A stretch of DNA of 24,000 bases from Thermoleophilia bacterium (GTDB taxonomy: Bacteria > Actinomycetota > Thermoleophilia > UBA2241). The notes under the pieces were generated by a model. The model was not told the DNA's origin. It saw nothing but the letters and a program-made list of their open reading frames with translations, and ran no database searches. The position numbers and the translations under genes are program-made. The DNA lies in NCBI GenBank assembly GCA_036277455.1, contig DASUMX010000120.1, positions 1,082 to 25,081 on the forward strand, read 5' to 3'. Below, piece by piece: positions 10,504 to 17,741 of the stretch (position 1 is the first letter of the stretch; each line of letters starts with the position of its first letter).

Positions 10504-12042
10504 ATGGCGGAGACCAAGACTGAGGTCAAGACGCTCGGCTACATGGTCGACGGCGAGTGGCGCGAGTCCAAGAGCGACACGTGGGTCGAGATCACCAACT
10601 CCAACACCGGCGAGGTCATCGCGCGCACGCCGATGTGCACCGAGGCCGAGGTCACCGAGGCCATCGAGTCGGCCAATCGCGCGTACCCCGCCTGGGCCTC
10701 CATGCCCATCCAGAAGCGCACCGAGATCCTGTTCACGTGGCGCCCCAAGCTCATCGAGCGCATGGACGAGATCGCCACGCTGGTCAGCACCGAGCTCGGC
10801 AAGAACCTCGACGAGGCGCGCGGCGAGGTCATCAAGATCATCGAGGCCATCGACATCGCCGTCGGCGCCCCGATGCTGATGAAGGGCGAGAGCCTGATGA
10901 ACGTGTCCACCGGGCACGACACGGTCAGCTACCGCGAGCCGCTCGGCGTGTTCGCCGGCATCGCGCCGTTCAACTTCCCGGCCATGATCCCGTTCGGCTG
11001 GATGCTGCCGATCTGCATCGCCTGCGGCAACACCTTCGTGCTCAAGAGCGCGAACTTCGTGCCGCTCACGAGCCACCTGCTGCTCGACATGCTCTACGAG
11101 GCCGGACTGCCCAAGGGCGTCGTCAACATGGTGACCGCCGAGAAGGAAGAGGCCGAAGTGCTGCTCAAGCACCCGGCCATCCGCGGCGTGAGCTTCGTCG
11201 GCAGCACGCCGGTCGGCAAGCACGTCTACTCCATCGCCGCCGCTCACGGCAAGCGCGTCCAGGCGCAGACGCAGGCCAAGAACCACGGCCTCGTGCTCGC
11301 CGACGCCTCGCTCGAGCGCACCGCCCGCGGCATCATCAACTCCACCTTCGGCTGCGCCGGTATGCGCTGCATGGCGCTCCCCGTGTGCGTCGTCGAGGAG
11401 TCGATCGCCGACGAGTTCGTCGCGCTCATGAAGAAGTTCGCCCTGGAGCGCTCGGTCGGCGACGCCACGCTGCCCGCGACCGAGCTCGGCCCGGTCGTGA
11501 GCAAGGCGCACCAGCAGTCGGTCCTGCGCTGGATCGAGACGGCGATCGAGGAAGGCGCCGAGCTGGTGCTCGACGGCCGCAACGTCACCGACGGCCTGCC
11601 GGACGAGCTCAAGGGTGGCCACTACGTCGGCCCGACGATCTTCGACCACGTGACCGAGGACATGCTCTGCGGCCGCGAGGAGTGCTTCGGCCCGATCCTC
11701 TTCGTCAAGCGCGTCAAGGACTTCGAAGAGGGCATCGAGCTCATGAACAACAACCCGTACGCCAACGGCTCGTGCATCTTCACCGAGAGCGGTTACCACT
11801 CTCGTGAGTTCGCGCGCCGCACGCACGCAGGCATGGTCGGCATCAACGTCGGCATCCCGGTGCCGGTCAGCTTCTTCCCGTTCGCGGGGCACAAGGACAG
11901 CTTCTTCGGCGACAACCACGTCTTCGGCAGGGACGGCTTCCAGTTCTTCACCGAGACCAAGTGCGTCACCACGCGCTGGTTCACCGAGGCCGACAAGAAG
12001 CAGAAGCAGGTCAGCACCTGGGAGGGCACCGTCAACCGCTGA
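10504..12042 (+). CDS. mmsA: CoA-acylating methylmalonate-semialdehyde / malonate-semialdehyde dehydrogenase (aldehyde dehydrogenase family)
   Basis: 512 aa. ALDH core FNFPAMIPFGWMLPICIACGNTFVLK. Catalytic Cys region FGCAGMRCMAL. MMSDH-specific C-terminal block GINVGIPVPVSFFPFAGHKDSFFGD. GAGAGGAA SD upstream of the ATG. Confidence 0.92.
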   Translation: MAETKTEVKTLGYMVDGEWRESKSDTWVEITNSNTGEVIARTPMCTEAEVTEAIESANRAYPAWASMPIQKRTEILFTWRPKLIERMDEIATLVSTELGKNLDEARGEVIKIIEAIDIAVGAPMLMKGESLMNVSTGHDTVSYREPLGVFAGIAPFNFPAMIPFGWMLPICIACGNTFVLKSANFVPLTSHLLLDMLYEAGLPKGVVNMVTAEKEEAEVLLKHPAIRGVSFVGSTPVGKHVYSIAAAHGKRVQAQTQAKNHGLVLADASLERTARGIINSTFGCAGMRCMALPVCVVEESIADEFVALMKKFALERSVGDATLPATELGPVVSKAHQQSVLRWIETAIEEGAELVLDGRNVTDGLPDELKGGHYVGPTIFDHVTEDMLCGREECFGPILFVKRVKDFEEGIELMNNNPYANGSCIFTESGYHSREFARRTHAGMVGINVGIPVPVSFFPFAGHKDSFFGDNHVFGRDGFQFFTETKCVTTRWFTEADKKQKQVSTWEGTVNR

Positions 12043-12096
12043 GGCGGCTGACGCGCCGGCCGCGGATGCGGCCGGCGACCGCTTCCCGAAGCGCTC

Positions 12097-12140
12097 GGGG
12101 GCGGAGGGTGGGCGATCAGCCCACCCTCCGCCCCCTTTTT
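12097..12140 (+). terminator. rho-independent terminator of mmsA
   Basis: Perfect 17-bp stem GGGGGCGGAGGGTGGGC (12097-12113) / GCCCACCCTCCGCCCCC (12119-12135), 5-nt loop GATCA, then TTTTT (12136-12140). Preceded by a second perfect 9-bp hairpin GCCGGCCGC-ggat-GCGGCCGGC (12055-12076). Confidence 0.85.
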
Positions 12141-12238
12141 CGTGCGGGGCCCCTCAGCGCGGAGCCACCGCCGACCGCCGTCGTGGAATCGGCGGCGACC
12201 GGGTAGGAACGTCGGCGAGACGACCAAAGGAGAACGAC

Positions 12239-12688
12239 GTGGCACACGCATTCCCGGAGATCACGGCGTACGGGCCCGCGCTGCGCTTCGCGCTCGAGGC
12301 GGAGCAGGCATGCGCCGACTTCGCCGCCGCGGCCGGCGTCCTGGCGCCGACGCAGGAGTGGCAGGACAAGCTGGAGGAGGTCGTCTGCACCCACGACGAC
12401 CGCGTGCAGAAACTGATGGCCAAGCAGGGGCAGCTCGGCGACAAGGCGTCGGCGCCGGCAGGCACCCTCAAGCGCGAGCCCTACCTGGGTACGCTCGACG
12501 CGGAGCCGGCCATCAGCTGGCCGGCCGTCGTGGTGCAGCTCGCCCAGGCCGAGGAGGACTCCGCGCGTTACCACGAGGAGTTCGCGATGCAGTGTGCCGA
12601 CACGCTGGAGCTGCAAGCGCGCCTGTTCGGCAAATCGGCGCAGCAGAACCGGGCATACGCCGCCGAGCTTCGGGAGCTGCTCGGCTAG
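12239..12688 (+). CDS. hypothetical small all-helical protein (possibly a ferritin-like four-helix bundle)
   Basis: GTG 12239 follows AAGGAG (12227-12232) at 6-nt spacing, downstream of the mmsA terminator. 149 aa, VAHAFPEITAYGPALRFALEAEQACADF...QLAQAEEDSARYHEEFAMQCAD...AAELRELLG. The ORF part upstream of 12239 crosses the terminator and is not coding. No family recognised with confidence. Confidence 0.6.
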   Translation: MAHAFPEITAYGPALRFALEAEQACADFAAAAGVLAPTQEWQDKLEEVVCTHDDRVQKLMAKQGQLGDKASAPAGTLKREPYLGTLDAEPAISWPAVVVQLAQAEEDSARYHEEFAMQCADTLELQARLFGKSAQQNRAYAAELRELLG

Positions 12689-13044
12689 CATCCGAGAACG
12701 GCGCGTGGACGAAGACGCGATGCGCGGCGCGGACGAGTTGCACCCGGCACGGAGTGGTCTGCCCTTCCGTCGCGCTGGGATCTCTCTGCGCAGCGGCAGG
12801 CGCATCCACCGGATCGAATTCCGTGGCGCGATCGCTCGAGAGGGCGGTGGGCCGGGGCGGGCGCCGGGAGGCGGCACCCGCCCCGGCCTGCTGGCGAGGG
12901 CGCTTGCGGTCGCCCTCGCGGAGCTCCCGGCGAGCACGCTTGCGGACACGCTCGCCAGAGCCGGACGGCGAGGCCGGGGAGGCCGTCGTCCGGCTGCCGG
13001 GGCGCGTACTTGGGGGACGCCCCGGGTGGTGCGGGGAGGCGGGG

Positions 13045-13072
13045 CGGGCGGCGCGTCACGCGTGACCGCCCG
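13045..13072 (-). terminator. hairpin 12 nt downstream of the ABC ATPase stop (possible terminator)
   Basis: CGGGCGG (13045-13051) pairs with CCGCCCG (13066-13072) and encloses the perfect palindrome GTCACGCGTGAC (13055-13066). No U-tract. Confidence 0.3.
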
Positions 13073-13083
13073 TCCCGTCTCCC

Positions 13084-14469
13084 CTACGTGGCCGCCTCCC
13101 CGGGCGGCGGGTCGCCACTGGCAGTCGGCGTGGGATCGTCGGCGGCGGCCGGCGCGGCCACACGGGCGGCGGCGGGACTGACGACCGGAGCTCGGCCGCC
13201 CGGCAGGCTCCGGCCGCGCACGGCGGCCAGCAGCGCCTCCTCGCCGGCGAAGAACTGGGCGCCGCCCTCGGCGAGGCCCGCGACGGCGCCGACGAAGTCG
13301 CTGGCGCGCACTCCTTCGTCGGCCCAGACGGGGATGCCGGCGGCGAGCGCGTCGCGCGCGGCCTCGAGGTTGCGCGCGTTACCGTGGCTCACGGGCACGG
13401 CGGTCACGACGACGAGGTCCGCCGCGCGCATGAGCTGCAGATTCTCCGCGTGCGCCTCTTCGCCCACCGGCGAGAACGGCGCCTCGACGGCCATGTGCAG
13501 GCCGAGCTCGCTGCCGGTCTCCTCGTCGGTGTCGAGTGCGTTGAGGACGCCGGCGGTGACTTCGTAGCCGGCGTCCACGAGCTCGCGCATCATGCCGGCG
13601 CCCGTCCCGCCGCCGCACACGAGGTGGACGCGGCCGCGGCGCTCGCCGCGCAGCCGCGGTGAGAACGTCAGGTACGTACGCCCGGCGTGCCGGTGCAGGT
13701 AGGCGCGCACGCCGTAGACGGCCTCCACCACCTCGGGCGCCAGCACCTCGTCCGGCGGCCCGAACGCCGCCACCTCGCCGTCACTCAGCACGAGCAGCTT
13801 GTCGAAGTAGTGCAGCGCCAGATTGAGGTCGTGCAGGATGCAGAGGACCGTGAGGCCGCCGGCGTTGAGCTCCTTGAGGAGGTCGAACAGGCGGAGCTGG
13901 TGAGAGACGTCCAGGGCCGAGGCCGGCTCGTCGAGCAGCAGGAGCGGCGCCTGCTGCATGAGCGCCTGGGCGAGCACCGCGAGCTGCTTCTCGCCGCCGG
14001 AGAGCTCCGAGAACCGGCGGCTCGCGAGCTCGGCGACCCCGAGACGCGCGAGCATCAGCTCGGGGTCGCCGCACGCCGCCGGGTCCTTGCCGCGGCAGTA
14101 GGCCCCCATCTCCACGACTTCGCGCACGGCGAGGTCGAAGTCGAGGTCGAAGTGCTGCGGTACGAGCGCGACCTCACGCGCCATGGCCTTACGCTTGTAC
14201 CGGCGCGTAGCCAGGCCCTTGACCAGCACCTCGCCGGCGACCGGCTGATGGATGCCGTCGATGAGGTCCACCAGCGTCGACTTGCCGCTGCCGTTGGGGC
14301 CGACGATGCCGACGAAGTCGCCGGCCTCGAGCGTGAAACTGATGCGCCGCAGGACGGGCCGCTCGTCGTAGGCGAAGTCCACGTTCTTGAGCGCGACGAG
14401 CGGCGCGTGCCGAGTCTCCCGCTCCGGGCTGGGCTCGGGGACGGCGGGGTGGTCCGGGGGCGTCGCCAT
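13084..14469 (-). CDS. FecE/BtuD-type (iron-chelate/cobalamin class) ABC transporter ATP-binding protein fused to an uncharacterised C-terminal alpha/beta domain
   Basis: Real start is ATG 14469 (MATPPDHP...), overlapping the permease TGA in TGATG. The 785-aa ORF upstream of it is the permease read out of frame. Walker A GPNGSGKST, signature LSGGEKQ, Walker B LLLLDEPASALD, H-loop ILHDL. The ABC domain ends near aa 272. It is followed by RVHLVCGGGTGAGMMRELVDAGYEVTAGVL...DLVVVTAVPVSHGNARNLEAA... and a Pro/Ala-rich tail. 461 aa total. Confidence 0.9.
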   Translation of the reverse strand: MATPPDHPAVPEPSPERETRHAPLVALKNVDFAYDERPVLRRISFTLEAGDFVGIVGPNGSGKSTLVDLIDGIHQPVAGEVLVKGLATRRYKRKAMAREVALVPQHFDLDFDLAVREVVEMGAYCRGKDPAACGDPELMLARLGVAELASRRFSELSGGEKQLAVLAQALMQQAPLLLLDEPASALDVSHQLRLFDLLKELNAGGLTVLCILHDLNLALHYFDKLLVLSDGEVAAFGPPDEVLAPEVVEAVYGVRAYLHRHAGRTYLTFSPRLRGERRGRVHLVCGGGTGAGMMRELVDAGYEVTAGVLNALDTDEETGSELGLHMAVEAPFSPVGEEAHAENLQLMRAADLVVVTAVPVSHGNARNLEAARDALAAGIPVWADEGVRASDFVGAVAGLAEGGAQFFAGEEALLAAVRGRSLPGGRAPVVSPAAARVAAPAAADDPTPTASGDPPPGEAAT

Positions 14470-15467
14470 CAGGCGCGCCTCCCGCGCCGCAGGAGGTACA
14501 CGAACAGCGGCGCGCCCACGAAGGTGGTGACCACGCCCACGGGGATCTCGTTGGGAGCGATGACCGTGCGCGAGAGCAGGTCGGCCACCACCATCATGGA
14601 GGCGCCGGCCAGCAGCGAGACCGGGAGCAGCCCGCGGTGTCCCGGTCCGACCAGCAGCCGCACGATGTGCGGCACGACGAGGCCGACGAACCCGATGATG
14701 CCGCTCACGGAGACGGCCAGCGCAGTCAGGACCCCGGCCGTCACCAGCAGCATCCGCTTGGTGCGCTCGACTTCCACGCCGAGCTCGAGCGCGCGTTTCT
14801 CCCCCTGCAGCATGATGTCCATCTCGCGCGTGAAGAACAGCGGCAGGACCATGAACGGGATCGTCACCAAGGCGATGCGCACGTCCGGCCAGCCACGCCC
14901 GGAGAAGCTGCCCATGAGCCAGTAGATGATCGCCGTCATGTCCTGGTTGGCCTTGATCATGAGCACCGTGACGACGGCGCTGGCGAGGTAGGCGATGGTG
15001 ACGCCGGCGAGCAGGAGGACGAACACGTCGATGCGGCCGCGCCGGCGCGCCGCCATCCACACGATGGCCAGCGTGCCGAGCCCGCCGACGATGGCCAGTA
15101 CCGTGATCCACGACAGGTTGCTGAGGTGGAGGACGATGCCGATGGTCGCCCCGAGCGCGGCGCCCGACGAGACGCCGGTGACGTACGGGTCGGTCAGCGG
15201 GTTGAGGAAGAGGTCCTGGAGGATCACGCCGGACACTGCCAGCGCCGCGCCGACGAGCGCCGCGGTGAGGACGCGCGGCATGCGGATCTGCCAGAAGATG
15301 GCGTTGTCGAGGTCGCCCGGGACCGGCCCCGCGAAGAGCAGTTGCCAGATCCGTCCCACGGACAGCGGGGCCGGTCCCAGAGCGAGCGCCAGCACGAGGC
15401 ACACCGCGAGCATGCCGGAGACCAGGAGGATCCCCGGCCACGTGCCTGTGCGGGCGAGCTTGCTCAC
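14469..15467 (-). CDS. FecCD-family (BtuC/FhuB-like) ABC transporter permease
   Basis: 332 aa, about 9-10 TM helices. Family-typical blocks RMPRVLTAALVGAALAVSGVILQ, NPLTDPYVTGVSSGAALG, GIIGFVGLVVPHIVRLLVG, IPVGVVTTFVGAPLFVYLL. GTG start in a GTGA overlap with the upstream stop. Confidence 0.92.
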   Translation of the reverse strand: MSKLARTGTWPGILLVSGMLAVCLVLALALGPAPLSVGRIWQLLFAGPVPGDLDNAIFWQIRMPRVLTAALVGAALAVSGVILQDLFLNPLTDPYVTGVSSGAALGATIGIVLHLSNLSWITVLAIVGGLGTLAIVWMAARRRGRIDVFVLLLAGVTIAYLASAVVTVLMIKANQDMTAIIYWLMGSFSGRGWPDVRIALVTIPFMVLPLFFTREMDIMLQGEKRALELGVEVERTKRMLLVTAGVLTALAVSVSGIIGFVGLVVPHIVRLLVGPGHRGLLPVSLLAGASMMVVADLLSRTVIAPNEIPVGVVTTFVGAPLFVYLLRRGRRA

Positions 15468-16426
15468 TGCGCCGTCTCAGCCTCCGGATGGATGTAGCCG
15501 GCCAGCGCCCTGAGGCCTTCCGCCAGGCGCGGGCCGGGGCGGGCGATGATGCTGTCGTCGATGATGTAGACCTTGCCGTCCTTGACGGCGGTGAGCTCGC
15601 CGAAGCCGGCGCGCGCGTCGATCTCGCCGGGCTCGCTCATCGAGCCGGAATCGGCGATGTAGACCTGCGGGTCGGTCTGCACCAGCACCTCGGTGCTGAA
15701 GTTCGGGAACCCGCTCCCGGCCGTGGCGCCGATGTTCTCGCCGCCGGCGATGGTGATCATGTCGTCGATGAACGTGTCGGCGCCTGCCGTCATGAGCGGC
15801 TTGCCGTAGATCTCGAGGAAGGTCGTCGCCGCGGGCAGGTCGCCGACCGCGTCCTGGACTTCCTGCCGGGCGGCGGTCATCTCGGCGGTGACCGCGGCGG
15901 CGCCGTCCTCGGTGCCGGCGAGCTTGCCGACGTTCTCGATGGTGGCGATGACGCCGTCATAGGTCTTGGGGTCGACGACGTAGACCGTCATCCCGAGATC
16001 CTCGAGCTTGCCGCGCAGGTCGGCCTGGATCCCGCCGGCCGCGAGGACCAGGTCCGGCGCGAACGAGGCGATCTTCTCGACGTTGGGGTTGGCGAAGTCG
16101 CCGATCTTGGGCAGCGCCGTGGCCTCCTCGGGATAGTCGTCGTAGCTGGTGCCGGCGACCATCTTGTCGCCGGCGCCGACAGCGTAGGCGATCTCGGTGT
16201 TGGCGGGCGCGAGGCTGACGATCGCCTCCGCCGGCTGTTCGAGGGTGACCTCGACGCCGGAGTCGTCGGTGACGGTGATGGGGCCGGCGGCCGCGGCCGC
16301 GGACGGGGAGCTCGAGGCGGCGGTGTCGTCGCCCGAGCCGCAGGCGCTCAGGGCGGCGGCGCCCAGGGTGAGCACGGCGACGAGCAGGAGCGCCGCGGTG
16401 AGGCGGCCGAAACGGATGGTGGTCAT
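15464..16426 (-). CDS. BtuF/FhuD-like periplasmic binding lipoprotein (Peripla_BP_2 class) of the type-II importer
   Basis: Signal peptide plus lipobox ALSAC-G. Body with IVSLAPANTEIAYAVGAGDKMVAGTSY, PDLVLAAG, and a C-terminal DSIIARPGPRLAEGL block typical of B12/haem/siderophore binding proteins. ATGA overlap with the upstream gene. Confidence 0.9.
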   Translation of the reverse strand: MTTIRFGRLTAALLLVAVLTLGAAALSACGSGDDTAASSSPSAAAAAGPITVTDDSGVEVTLEQPAEAIVSLAPANTEIAYAVGAGDKMVAGTSYDDYPEEATALPKIGDFANPNVEKIASFAPDLVLAAGGIQADLRGKLEDLGMTVYVVDPKTYDGVIATIENVGKLAGTEDGAAAVTAEMTAARQEVQDAVGDLPAATTFLEIYGKPLMTAGADTFIDDMITIAGGENIGATAGSGFPNFSTEVLVQTDPQVYIADSGSMSEPGEIDARAGFGELTAVKDGKVYIIDDSIIARPGPRLAEGLRALAGYIHPEAETAQ

Positions 16427-17247
16427 GACGGTGGTGACTCCCTTCGATCTTTGACGAGACGAGAACGGACGATGTCGACGAGCTGGGGTGACGCTCCGGC
16501 CGGCGGGGCGGCGGGCGTCACGGTCGCCCCCAGCCGCATGTCGCGGAGGAGGTGGTGGCCGTCGCGCTCCTCGACGCCGTCCCAGACGAGCGGGACGGGG
16601 CGCGAGAAGAGCGGAGCGGCGGTGACCATGGTGTGGTACTCACCCTCCTCGCCGCAGGCGTCGGCGCCGGCGGCCTCGAGACGGGCGATGACGGCGTCAT
16701 CCAGCACGAGGCCGAGGAACTCGGGGCTGAGCTTGGAGGAGTCGACGGCGACGATGGTGGCGCGGGAGTCGCCGGCGAGGAACTCGGCGAGCAGCCGGCG
16801 GCGCGGCTCCTGCCAGAGCGGCAGATGGCAGCCGAGGCCGGCGACCTCGCAGACACCCTCGACCCAATCACGGTGCGCCTGCAGGTCGATGTCGCCGAAC
16901 ACGCCGGCCTCGATGCCCTGCGCGCGCAGCTCGTGGAGGAGCGCGACGAAGGTGGACTCGTAGCCGTCCCACGTGGTGGCGCGGGTGACGAGCGGTACGC
17001 CGAGCGCGGCGGCCTGCTCTTCGAGCAGTGCGAGCGGCAGGCCGTGGCCGCGGCTCACGCCGCCATCCTCGTGCAGCATGCAGACGAGGGCGGCCGCCGC
17101 GCCGCCGCGCTCCACGGCGCGCTGCAGCGCGAGGTACGCGTCCTTGCCGCCGCTCCACGAGCAGAAGAAACGGGAAGCGGCGAGCGACGCGCCGGCGGAC
17201 CTGCCGTTGGCGGACGGGACGTCGGTCCGCGGCGCGTCACTCGCCAT
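16423..17247 (-). CDS. PP-loop ATP pyrophosphatase of the MJ0570/Dph6 N-terminal (ATP_bind_4) family
   Basis: 274 aa. PP-loop SWSGGKDAYLAL and the family-specific GEEGEYHTMV motif. GGGAGGG SD about 5 nt upstream of the ATG, inside the 3' end of the Fur gene (11-nt overlap). Confidence 0.85.
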   Translation of the reverse strand: MASDAPRTDVPSANGRSAGASLAASRFFCSWSGGKDAYLALQRAVERGGAAAALVCMLHEDGGVSRGHGLPLALLEEQAAALGVPLVTRATTWDGYESTFVALLHELRAQGIEAGVFGDIDLQAHRDWVEGVCEVAGLGCHLPLWQEPRRRLLAEFLAGDSRATIVAVDSSKLSPEFLGLVLDDAVIARLEAAGADACGEEGEYHTMVTAAPLFSRPVPLVWDGVEERDGHHLLRDMRLGATVTPAAPPAGASPQLVDIVRSRLVKDRRESPPS

Positions 17248-17689
17248 GCTCGCCCTCCCTGGCGCTGCGACAGGAGGGGCAGATGCCGTACACCTCGAGG
17301 TGGTGGCCGTAGATGCTGAACCCGGTGGCCGCCGCCAGCCTGGCCTCGAGCTCGGCGACGTCGCCGTCGCCGTCGAAGCGGACCACCGTGCGGCAGACGC
17401 CGCAGATGAGCGGGTGGCTGTGGCCGATGGGCGGGGCGATGTAGCAGATCTCGCCGCGCCCGTCCTGCACGCGGGCCAGCAGTCCGAGATCGCTGAGGAG
17501 CTGGACGCTGCGGTACACGGTGGCCTGGCCGACGCCGTCGCTGCGCAGGGCGTCGGCCGCCTCGGTGATGGTGACCGCGCGGTCGGCGCCGGCGAAGAAG
17601 TGCCAGATCTGGCGCCGCTGCCGCGTGAAGGGAATGCCCTTCTGGCGGAAGACTGCCTCGATCTCGTGCGCCGGCTTCGGGTCGGTCAA
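17237..17689 (-). CDS. Fur-family metalloregulator (metal specificity not assignable)
   Basis: 150 aa. Winged-helix N-domain (RQRRQIWHFF...ATVYRSVQLLSDLGLL). Metal motifs GHSHPLICGVC and GHHLEVYGICPSC (two CxxC pairs plus His clusters). TTG start at 17689 preceded by GGGAG. Confidence 0.9.
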   Translation of the reverse strand: MTDPKPAHEIEAVFRQKGIPFTRQRRQIWHFFAGADRAVTITEAADALRSDGVGQATVYRSVQLLSDLGLLARVQDGRGEICYIAPPIGHSHPLICGVCRTVVRFDGDGDVAELEARLAAATGFSIYGHHLEVYGICPSCRSAREGEHGE

Positions 17690-17711
17690 CGTTGTGCTCC
17701 CGGGGAATCCA

Positions 17712-17741
17712 GTTGAGAACCGTTCTCAACGGTGTTGAGAA
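17712..17741. promoter_or_regulatory. Fur-family operator: three alternating GTTGAGAAC half-sites
   Basis: Perfect palindrome GTTGAGAAC-C-GTTCTCAAC (17712-17730) plus a third copy GTTGAGAA (17734-17741). This gives two overlapping inverted repeats. The core TGAGAAC-N-GTTCTCA has the 7-1-7 geometry of Fur-family boxes. It lies between the predicted -10 and the fur start codon. Confidence 0.6.

Noticed and set aside
12842-13048. G-quadruplex-type G-tract clusters as a special regulatory signal.
   Set aside because: Such motifs are expected frequently by chance at this GC content. They are kept only as a descriptive note in the intergenic finding.
12594-13181. ORFs spanning the 12689-13083 gap: 195 aa (+), 12142-13065 (+), 12685-13059 (-) and 12116-12949 (-). 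One minus-strand frame encodes ERVRKRARRELREGDRKRPRQQ...
   Set aside because: Compositions are typical of random GC-rich frames. The most protein-like frame has no start codon upstream of 12809 and runs antisense into the 12239-12688 gene. No SD signals were found.
14131-14154. Tandem duplication GAGGTCGAAGTC/GAGGTCGAAGTG.
   Set aside because: It lies inside the ABC ATPase gene and simply encodes DLDFDL on the minus strand. It is only two copies, not a repeat element.
14470-15441. N-terminal 324 aa of the 785-aa ORF (13084-15441, minus), which would make a giant ATPase.
   Set aside because: This part is the FecCD permease gene read out of frame (Arg/Pro/His-rich, no motifs). The ABC ATPase starts at ATG 14469, exactly at the permease stop.
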